A DNA stretch of 64,000 nt from Cetorhinus maximus (lineage: Eukaryota): assembly GCF_964194155.1 (NCBI RefSeq), contig NW_027597837.1, positions 1-64,000 on the forward strand, given 5' to 3'. The number at the start of each line of letters is the position of its first letter. Position 1 is the stretch's first letter. The translations under genes were made by a program, and so were the position numbers. The notes beneath the pieces are model-generated. The model did not search any database, was not told where the DNA came from, and saw only the letters and a list, made by a program, of their open reading frames with translations. This document shows positions 1 through 8,617 of the stretch, piece by piece.

Positions 1-565
1 TGTTGAGGTCGGAGGAGCCGGCGGGGCTGGCGTCCGAGGCGGTGGCGGCGATGATGGTGGCGGCGTTGGCGGCGGGGTCCCCGTCCCGCTCCTCCTCCTC
101 CTCCTCCTCCTCCCGGCGGGCCGAGCACAGCTCCCTCAGGTCCAGGTTCTCCCTCACCAGGGCCTCCTGCCGCCGCTCCAGGTGGGCCAGCTTCCGGAGG
201 TAGCCGCCGACGTCCTCCCGCATCACCCGGGCGGCGTAGCGGCCGAAGGCCTGCCACTCGTGGGCCAGCCCCTTGGCCCTCAGCCGCTCCTCGTCCAGGA
301 AGCAGCAGAGGTCCCGCAGCTCCCGGTTCTCCTCCTGCAGCCGGCCGTTGACGGCCTTCAGCTCCCGCACCTCCCGCAGGTGGCCCTGCAGCCGCCGGTT
401 CACCTCCTGCATCAGCCTGCCCCGCTGCACCAGGGCGGCCAGCTTGTCGGCCTCGGCCCGCCGCAGCCGCCGGACCAGCTCCTCCTTGCCCCAGGCCAGC
501 AGGTCCGCCTCCGAGAGCTGGGACAGGTCGGCGGGGGGCGACTCCCCCTCCCCGGCGCCGCTCAT
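1..565 (-). CDS. CCDC85B: Coiled-coil domain-containing protein 85B (DIPA), 3' end truncated by window edge
   Basis: Manual minus-strand translation from ATG 565: MSGAGEGESPPADLSQLSEADLLAWGKEELVRRLRRAEADKLAALVQRGRLMQEVNRRLQGHLREVRELKAVNGRLQEENRELRDLCCFLDEER...EWQAFGRYAARVMREDV...LVRENLDLRELC, the CCDC85 family signature. Intronless here and head-to-head with FIBP as in human. An in-frame upstream ATG lies at 625. Confidence 0.93.
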   Translation of the reverse strand, partial: MSGAGEGESPPADLSQLSEADLLAWGKEELVRRLRRAEADKLAALVQRGRLMQEVNRRLQGHLREVRELKAVNGRLQEENRELRDLCCFLDEERLRAKGLAHEWQAFGRYAARVMREDVGGYLRKLAHLERRQEALVRENLDLRELCSARREEEEEEEERDGDPAANAATIIAATASDASPAGSSDLN

Positions 566-1099
566 CCTCCAGCCCCCCCTCCTCCCCGGGTCAGCGCGCA
601 CACCCAGGGGCCGGGAGCCCTGCATTTAGTTAGCGCCTCAGACACAATCCTTGTCCTGGATGGTGAAGGGGGAGGGGGGGGGGGGCCTTTCCTGCCCAGA
701 GGATGTCCTTGTCCTTGGGCTGCCGGTTACAATCCAGCCGGAGGCTCCCACTATGGGACCCGCAGTCTTAACGCAACCCCCCCCTATTGAAGTGAAGGCA
801 GCTCCTGTGCATCGATGGTTAGGACAATGTGAGCATCCTGTTCCAGCCTCACGCACCAATCCTTCTCACTGATGTCGGATAAGGAGGGGAGGGGGGGTTG
901 GAGGCGGGAGAAAGGCAGGAATGGGAAGCGGGAGGTCCGGCGGGGGGGGTGGGGAAGGGAAGGGAGGAAGCCTTTTTCCGTCGATTCAGCTGCTGCTGAA
1001 TCCAAAGCTACCTTCCGGGAGAGAGCAGAGTCAAGGCAGCAGCTACTGAAACCCACCTACTGCAGAGGTGCCTCCAGCTCCCCCCTTCAAACTCTCTGA

Positions 1100-1490
1100 N
1101 NNNNNNNNNNNNNNNNNNNNNNNNNNNNNNNNNNNNNNNNNNNNNNNNNNNNNNNNNNNNNNNNNNNNNNNNNNNNNNNNNNNNNNNNNNNNNNNNNNNN
1201 NNNNNNNNNNNNNNNNNNNNNNNNNNNNNNNNNNNNNNNNNNNNNNNNNNNNNNNNNNNNNNNNNNNNNNNNNNNNNNNNNNNNNNNNNNNNNNNNNNNN
1301 NNNNNNNNNNNNNNNNNNNNNNNNNNNNNNNNNNNNNNNNNNNNNNNNNNNNNNNNNNNNNNNNNNNNNNNNNNNNNNNNNNNNNNNNNNNNNNNNNNNN
1401 NNNNNNNNNNNNNNNNNNNNNNNNNNNNNNNNNNNNNNNNNNNNNNNNNNNNNNNNNNNNNNNNNNNNNNNNNNNNNNNNNNNNNNNNNN
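1100..1490. other. Assembly gap (N run)
   Basis: Continuous Ns. Confidence 1.
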
Positions 1491-1706
1491 TGTGTGTGTC
1501 TGGGTCTGGGTGTGTGTGTGTCTGGGTCTGGGTGTGTGTGTGTCTCTGGGTCTGGGTGTGTGTGTGTGTCTGGGTCTGGTGTGTGTGTGTGTCTGGGTGT
1601 GTGTGTCTGGGTCTGGGTGTGTGTGTCTGGGTCTGGGTGTGTGTGTCTGGGTCTGGGTGTGTGTGTCTGGGTCTGGGTGTGTGTGTCTGGGTCTGGGTGT
1701 GTGTGT
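1491..1706. repeat. (TG)n/TCTGGG compound microsatellite
   Basis: tgtgtgtgtctgggtctggg units abutting the gap. Confidence 0.95.
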
Positions 1707-2714
1707 AGGGTGATACCCACCACAGGCCAGCAGAATGGACAGGGTTAACTCAGGGAACCGTGAGGTGATAGGTCGAGAGAGTCTTGATAAGCGAGGGGGC
1801 CGAGAGGTTATCGGGGGTGTAGGCGGGAGGTGGCAGTCAGGTTAGCCCTGACCTTATTGAATGGCGGAGCAGGCCTCGAGTGGGCTGGCTCCTGCCTCTG
1901 ATTGGTGTTGTTTCTGGTAGCAGTGGCAAAGAGAGAGAGGCAGTGCAGGCTTAATAGCGTGGTTCGAACAAGCGTGCGGGGACAGAGGGGCCTGGGGTGG
2001 TTCACGTGGCATCGATCCTCGAAGGCGGTAGGACACAGTGAGAGAGCTGGTAGCCAAACCCGACGGCAAATCCCTCGACGGCAGCTCCGCCAGGCGGGGC
2101 TTGGGCGCTCGTGTGCCTGACACCAGACCTCCCGAAGCAACTGCTTCACTCAGGGTACCTCAGCCCTGGCAGGAGACCCCAGGGGTGAGGCGACTGCAGA
2201 AGCGCTTTTCGGGATGTCCCTGTAGAGGGGGAGGGGGTCAAACATGGCCGCCAGCCCCACCTGGGAGCCAACGGCTGGCGTTCGGCCAAAATGGAGGCAG
2301 CTCATGCGGCCGGGCACTTGAACGCGTTGAGGGACTTCGCTGGGGAGGTGCAGCGGCGAGGCTGGGGGTGTCGGCAATGGTGAAGAGAGGCTGGGGTGGA
2401 TAGGAACAGGGGGGTGCGGAGTGGTGGGGGTGGGGGGGGGAGGGTGAGAGGAAATGCCAATGCTTCCCACCCCCCTTGCTGCTGGTAAAATTGATGCAGA
2501 GGCAGGAGTGGGGAGGTAGGCAGCAGGCACAGCGGGCACCCATTGGCATCGTATGAACCCCCCCCGCCAGCCTGTGGACCTATCGCAGTGGGGGTGGCGT
2601 TGGGAGGGGGCTGGATTTGGGACCAGCGTAAAACTCTGCCCCCCGGAGTGGGCTTTCAGGCCAACCATCGTCAGCGGTGTGAGTGCGTGAGCAGGGCTTG
2701 CATTCATTAACCGA

Positions 2715-3110
2715 TCGAACATAAGACCTTGAGAATTAGGAGCAGGAGTAGGCCATTCGGCCCCTCGAGCCTGCTACCCCAATCAGCACAATCATGGCTG
2801 ATCATCCACCTCAACTGCACTTTCCCACCCACTTCCCCATACCTCGCAATTCCCACCCCACCCGTCTCCAAAAATCAGTACCCAATGACTGAGCATCCTC
2901 AGCTCTCTGGGGTAGAGAATTCCAAAGATCCACCGCCCTCGGAGTGAAGGAATTCCTCCTCGTCTCAGTCCCAAATGGCCGACCCCCTCACTCTGAGATT
3001 GTGACCCCCCACCCCCCCCCACCCCGTGTTCCAGACTCTCTCTCGCCAGGTGGAAACATCCTCTCGGTATCGACCCTGTCAAACCCTCTCCGAATTTTAC
3101 ACGTGTCAAT
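2715..3110 (-). mobile_element. CR1/HER1-like LINE 3' fragment
   Basis: aggagcaggagtaggccattcggcccctcgagcctgct 3' terminus plus reverse-strand RT tail (gggtttgacagggtcgat). Confidence 0.8.
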
Positions 3111-3184
3111 GAGATCGTTTGGTAATGGGTTTGTAGGATGGCGAGTGAGGGGGGAAATGTGAGGTGATCCCAGAAGGGAAAAAA

Positions 3185-3475
3185 ACAGTAAAAACTGGGA
3201 AATAAGAATACTGGTCCCAACTGGTCTTGTATTCCTTAAAATGGAACACCAATAAAAACTTGGAAATAAGAATACTGGTCCGAACTGGTCTTGTATTCCT
3301 TAAAATGGAACACCAATAAAAACTTGGAAATAAGAATACTGGTCCCAACTGGTCTTGAATACCTTAAAATGGAACACCAGTAAAACTGGGAAATAAGAAT
3401 ACTGGTCCCAACTGGTCTTGTATTCCTTAAAATGGAACACCAATAAAAACTGGGAAATTAGAATACTGGTCTGAA
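3185..3475. repeat. 64-bp tandem repeat, about 4.5 copies
   Basis: aataagaatactggtc recurs at 3201, 3265, 3329, 3392 and ~3456. Confidence 0.9.
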
Positions 3476-3494
3476 CTGTTTTTTCCTTCTACAA

Positions 3495-4283
3495 TTCATT
3501 TTGGTAGGAAGAACATGGAGAGGCGATATAAACTAAAGGGTACAATTCTATAGGGGGAGCAGGAGCAGAGGGACCTGAGGGTATATGTGCATCAGTCATT
3601 GAAGGTGGCAGGACAGGTTGAGAGAGTGGTTAATAAAGCATACACTATCCTGGGCTTTATCAGTAGAGGCATAGGGTACAAGAGCAAGGAGGTTATGCTG
3701 AACTTGTCTAAAACACTGGTTCAGTCTCAACTGGAGTATTGTATCCCGTTCTGGGTGCCACACTTTAGGAAGGGTGTGAAGGCATTAGAGAGGGTGCAGA
3801 AAAGATTCACGAGAATAGTTCCAGCGATGAGGGACTTCAGTTCCTTGAGTAGATTGGAGATGTTGGGACTGTTTTCCTCAGAGGAGAAGAGAAGGCTGAG
3901 AGGGGATTTGATAGAGGTGTTCAAAATCATGAGGGGTCTGGACAGAGTCGATAGGGGGAAACTGCTCCCATTGGTGGAAGAATCGAGAACGAGTGGGCAC
4001 AGATTTGAAGGCATTGATAAAAGAAGCAAAAGTGACAGGAGGAGAAACTTTATCAAACAGCGAATGGTTAGGGTCTGGAATGTGCTGCCCCAGAGTGTGG
4101 CGGGGGCAGGTTCAATTGGGGCATTCAAAAGGGAATCAGACTTATCTGAAAAGGAAGAACGTGCAGGGTTATGGGGAGAATGAGGGGAAGTGGCTCTGAG
4201 TGAAATGCTCGTTCGGAGATCTGGTGCAGACATGATGGGCCAAATGGCCTCCTCCTTTGCAGTAACCGTTCTGTGATTCTGTG
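3495..4283 (+). mobile_element. CR1-clade LINE ORF2 C-terminus and 3' UTR
   Basis: ORF 3587-4183 has LEYC..FW.PHFRK..ALERVQKRFTR..RLRGDLIEVFKIMRGLDRVD; 3' tail ttctgtgattctgtg. Confidence 0.92.
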
Positions 4284-4511
4284 AGTGAGTTTGAAGGATG
4301 AGGGAGGGATGGAGGTAGACTGAGGGAAGGGGGGAGGGGATTGGAAGAATGAGTGAGGGGAAAGCTTGAGTTTGGAGGAATGTGAATGGGGGATCGAGAA
4401 GGAGCGAGGGAGTGGAAGGATGGAACGGATTTGAGGGTGTTATGAGCAGGTGAGGAGGAGTGAACTGGCTCCCCTCAACTCAGCCTCCTCAGTTGGTCAC
4501 CACAAATGTTT

Positions 4512-5576
4512 TAAAAACAAAAAGCTACTGCGGATGCTGGAAATCCAAAACAAAAACAGAATTACCTGGAAAAACTCAGCAGGTCTGGCAGCATCGGCGG
4601 AGAAGAAATCAGTTAACGTTTCGAGCCTTCATGGCCCTTCGGCAGAACTGAAGCGTAGTTTGAAGAAGGGAGAAATATAAATTGGTTTAAGGTGGGTGGG
4701 GGGGGCGGGTGGTGGGGGGAGAGAGAGACATTGAGGGTGTGGTGATTGTGGAGATGAGCAGATAATCAAAAGATATCACAGACAAAAGGGTCAAAGAGGT
4801 GTTTTGAGAAAAGTGCTAATTAAGAATGGAGGACAGGATATTCAAAGTACAGCTCTAGTGGGGGTGGGGTGGAAAGGCTAACAAGGTTTTAGTTTTAGAT
4901 TTAAAAATAATGGAAATAGGTGGGGAAAGAAGAATCTACATAAATTATTGAAAAAAAAAGCAGGGTGGGGGGGGGAAGAAACGGGGTGGGGATGGGGGGA
5001 GGGGGAGTTTAAGATCTAAAGTTGTTGAATTCAATATTCAGCCCAGAAGGCTGTAAAGTGCCTAGTCGGAAGATGAGGTGCTGTTCCTCCAGTTTGCGTA
5101 GTGAAGCCCAACGCAAACTGGAGGAACAGCACCTCATCTTCCGACTAGGCACTTTACAGCCTTCTGGGCTGAATATTGAATTCAACAACTTTAGATCTTA
5201 AACTCCCCCTCCCCCCATCCCTGCCCCGTTTCTTCCCCCCCACCCCCCGCTTTTTTTTTCAATAATTCATATAGATTCTTCTTTCCCCACCTATTTCCAT
5301 TATTTTTAAATCTAAAACTAAAACCTTGTTAGCCTTTCCACCCCACCCCCACTAGAGCTGTACTTTGAATATCCTGTCCTCCATTCTTAATTAGCACTTT
5401 TCTCAGACAAAACACCTCTTTGACCCTTTTGTCTGTGACATCTTTTGATTATCTGCTCATCTCCACAATCACCACACCCTCAATGTCTCTCTCTCCCCCC
5501 ACCACCCCGCCCCCCCCAACCTTAAACCAATTTATATTTCTCCCTTCTTCTAACTATGCTTCAGTTCTGCCGAAGG
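4512..5576. mobile_element. Penelope-like element remnant in head-to-head inverted arrangement
   Basis: Arms 4636-5099 and 5111-5576 are reverse complements. The plus arm encodes SEAQRKLEEQHLIFRLGTLQPSGLNIEFNNFRS*, a GIY-YIG endonuclease C-terminus of the PLE type. Confidence 0.85.
4609..4651 (-). ncRNA. Minimal type I hammerhead ribozyme motif (PLE-associated), variant core
   Basis: Minus strand tcagtt-CTGCCGA-a-gggcc(atgaa)ggctc-GAAA-cg-TT-aactga: 6-bp stem I, 5-bp stem II, palindromic ACGT stem III. The core is CUGCCGA instead of CUGANGA. Confidence 0.6.
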
Positions 5577-5734
5577 CACAAATGTTTTAACATTTCTTTT
5601 ACCCTGGATGCCTTTTTCAAATCTATATCTGTACAGTGAACCATAAGGAGCCAATTAATGAAGTTTTCTTGAGTCAAAGAAAGAGCAAGTTTAACTACTA
5701 AATGTGAGAAAAAAATAATTAAAGATGCAACGTC

Positions 5735-5963
5735 ATACACACATGCACACACGTGCACACACAGACACATGCGCATACACAGACACGCGTGCACACAGGC
5801 ACACGCATGCACACAGGCACACGCGCATGCACACGTGCACGCACACACACAGGCACGCGCATACACAGACGTGCGCACACACACGTGCATACACAGACAC
5901 GCGCGCACACACAGGCACACGCGCATACACAGGCACACTACAGACGCGCACGCACATACACGT
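5735..5963. repeat. Imperfect (CA/CG)n alternating purine-pyrimidine tract
   Basis: cacacatgcacacacgtgcacac... about 230 bp. Confidence 0.9.
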
Positions 5964-6084
5964 ATAAGAAGTAAGGAAAGTTAGAGTCCAAATAAAAGTT
6001 AAAAGGATATGTGGCTCGAAGTCTTTTTCTTGCCTTTGAGGCGTAGATTATTAAACATTGCGGCCGACTGAAGTTATCTGGTAT

Positions 6085-6175
6085 AATAACAGAAAATGCC
6101 GGAAAAACTCAGCAGGTCTGACAGCATCTGTAGAGAGAGAAACAAGAGATAACGTTTCGAGTCCGTATGACTCTT
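6085..6175 (-). mobile_element. Penelope pLTR fragment with half a hammerhead motif
   Basis: gaaaaactcagcaggtctgacagcatctg..aacgtttcgagtccgtatgactc resembles 4560-4630; stem II gagtc/gactc plus GAAACGTT, 5' core missing. Confidence 0.7.
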
Positions 6176-7117
6176 GGGACAGGTAGGTGTAGATATGTTG
6201 CACTTCTTTCAAGATCCCGGTTCGTCAGTAGGTCTTGGATGCGTTGATTACTTGAACTGCGCTTATTCCCAGGCAGAGGGAGCGAGATTCCTTACTACTC
6301 CATTAGCAGTTTCTCCAGATTCCTCTGCTTCTGCTTGGTAAACCCAGTTCTTAAATTCCTGCCCACTGTCAATTCCAAAGGAATTCCAATTACCATGTCT
6401 GCTGTCATCATTGCTGTAGAACAAGTTATCACATTTTGATGTTTTATCTTAGAAACCTGTGACACATTTCAAAATCGTGGCAGCCAACAGGAGATGGGGT
6501 CCCTTCATCTTCCACAGTGGGGAGTTTGAGTGTCCGTTGGTTGTATATCCTGGCTAGCTAGCACTTCTTCATTGCTAGCATTACAGTTGATTAAAGTCCA
6601 ACACTTTACATTTTTAATATCTTCCTTAGTTTTGGGTGTTGATGTCCGTGTCCGACTTTTGTTCTATGGCTTATAATGGCCCAGTTATTAGCTTCTGAAG
6701 AAGTCATTATCCATTTTGATGACCCCCACCTCCCAGGTTGCTATTGCCTTGGTGGACTCTTGGTCTTTGCTGGAGAGGTAAGCTCATAAAGCTGCAAATA
6801 GCATGCCCATTCCTTTCAATTTTCCTTTTTGAAGTGGGGCTTGACACCCCCAGGTGTGACATTCCATGAGCAATCATGTCAGGGCCTGTCTGCAGTGCAA
6901 TCCATATAGTAACCCAGTGGTCAACTTACATTTCCAGAAATCAGGAAACATGTGGCAGCCATCTTTAGTCAGTGCTTTTTTTTTCGGTCTTTAAAATGGT
7001 CTAAACAGTTCAGTATGTCTCTGGTTAGCTGGTGAAGTTATAGGTAGCTACCACTCAGTCACAATTTCCCATCGTTGTGACAAGGGATGTGAGCGAGGGA
7101 ATGAAGTGAATTTAGCG

Positions 7118-7352
7118 GGATGGGATGGAGTGAGACAAGGGGATGGAGTGAGAGAAGGGGTGGAGTGAGGGAAGGGGATGGAATGAAAGAAGGGATGGAG
7201 TGAGAAAGGGTGTGGAGTGAGGGAAGGGTGTGGAGTGAGGGAAGGGAATGGAGTGAGGGAAGGGGACGGAATGAAAGAAGGGATGGAGTGAGAGAGGGTG
7301 TGGAGTGAGGGAAGGGGATGGAGTGAGGGAAGAGGTAGAGTGAGGGATGGAG
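7118..7352. repeat. Purine-rich degenerate repeat (gggatggagtgagggaa)
   Basis: Repeated ggagtgagggaaggg motifs. Confidence 0.85.
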
Positions 7353-7403
7353 GGCATTTGGAAGAATGACTGAGGGTCTGAAGGGGGATGGGTCGGGATG
7401 CCA

Positions 7404-7757
7404 TTGTTAGGGGCTGGAACTCCATTGCAAGGGGCTGGGACTCCGTTGCTAGGGGCTGGGACTCCGTTGCTAAGGGCTGGGTCTCTGTTGCTAAGGGCTG
7501 GGTCTCTCTTACTAGGGGCTGGGACTCTGTTGCTAGGGGCTGGGGCTCAGTTGCTAAGGGCTGGGTCTCTGTTGCTAAGGGCTGGGTCTCTGTTGCTAGG
7601 GGCTGGGACTCAGTTGCTAAGGGCTGGGTCTCTGTTGCTAGGGGCTGGGACTCTGTTGCTAGGGGCTGGTGCTCTGTTACTAGGGGCTGGGTCTCTGTTA
7701 CTAGGGGCTGGGGCTCAGTTGCTAGGGCCTGGGACTCTGTTGCTAGAGGCTGGGGCT
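7404..7757. repeat. 21-bp minisatellite (ctctgttgctaggggctggga), about 16-17 copies
   Basis: Direct tandem units; gives the artefactual LATESQP repeat ORF. Confidence 0.93.
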
Positions 7758-7794
7758 CCTTAGCTCCCGCCTCCCTGCCCTCGCCTCCTCCTCT

Positions 7795-7925
7795 ACTGAG
7801 CATGCGCGGGTCCTATCTGTGACGCGCCTCGCTGGCTTGTTCCAATTGGCCATCTCTCCACAGGACGTTACCGGTCACGCTGCCTGCTGTCTGATTGGCC
7901 GACCTCTTTGACCCGGAAGCGGTTG
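7795..7925. promoter_or_regulatory. Housekeeping-type, probably bidirectional FIBP/CCDC85B promoter core
   Basis: NRF1-like gcatgcgc (7800), CRE half-site tgacg (7820), ccaattgg (7842), ctgattggcc (7891), ETS ccggaag (7913); CpG-rich; lies between divergent genes. Confidence 0.65.
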
Positions 7926-8090
7926 CTCTGAGCTGTTTATTTTAGGGGGTTTATTGTAAATTTTAGCGGCTGAGATTCCCTCAGAGAGTTTCATGCGGTT
8001 CAGGGGAGGATTTCAAACTATCTGAGGGGGAGAAAGATCACTAAAACTGTCCGACCTTCAGAAAAAGCAACTGTCACCTCGTTTCGGGGC

Positions 8091-8421
8091 TAGTTACCAT
8101 AGTAACAGGCTCTGGGGAGTTAGTTACCATAGTAACTGGTTCTGGGGGACTAGTTACCATAGTAACAGGTTTGGGGGGGTTAGTTAACATAGTAACAGGT
8201 TTCTGGGGGGCTAGTTACCGTAGTAACAGGTCCTGGAGAAGTTAGTTACCATAGTAACAGGTTTGGGGGGGGTTAGTTACCATAGTAACAGGTTTCTGGG
8301 TGACTAGTTACCATAGTAGCAGGTTCTGGGGAGTTAGTTACCACAGTAACATGTTCTGGGGGGGCTAGTTACCATAGTAACAGGTGCAAAGGGCTGGGAG
8401 AGTGACAGTTACCACAGTAAC
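8091..8421. repeat. 30-31-bp tandem array with palindromic GTTACCATAGTAAC (RFX X-box) core, 11 copies
   Basis: Cores at 8093, 8123, 8153, 8183, 8214, 8245, 8276, 8307, 8337, 8368 and 8408. Confidence 0.92.
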
Positions 8422-8532
8422 AGGAAGGGACACATTAATGGTAGGACCTGTGGAGGGGTGCAGTCGCCATAGTTACCAGAGGACGCCAGGCAGTAGTTAC
8501 GGTGTGCGTGAGCGGGGAGATTGTGTGGAGTC

Positions 8533-8617
8533 ATGGCGTTGGAACTGGACGTGTTTGTGGGAAACACAACACTGATCGACAAGGACGTTTATCAGCTCTG
8601 GCTGGACGGGTATTCAG
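8533..8617 (+). CDS. FIBP: FIBP coding exon 1
   Basis: [28 protein letters not shown]; donor gtaaca. Confidence 0.95.

Noticed and set aside
3-790. Plus-strand ORFs over CCDC85B
   Set aside because: Antisense shadows of a GC-rich CDS; the real frame is on the minus strand and is absent from the track because it has no stop in the window
7048-7822. LATESQP repeat ORF (251 aa) and opposite-strand ORFs
   Set aside because: Produced by a 21-bp repeat that is open on both strands; no domain or splice support
8091-8421. CRISPR-like palindromic repeats with spacers
   Set aside because: The ~16-nt linkers resemble each other, there are no cas genes and the context is vertebrate; it is a minisatellite
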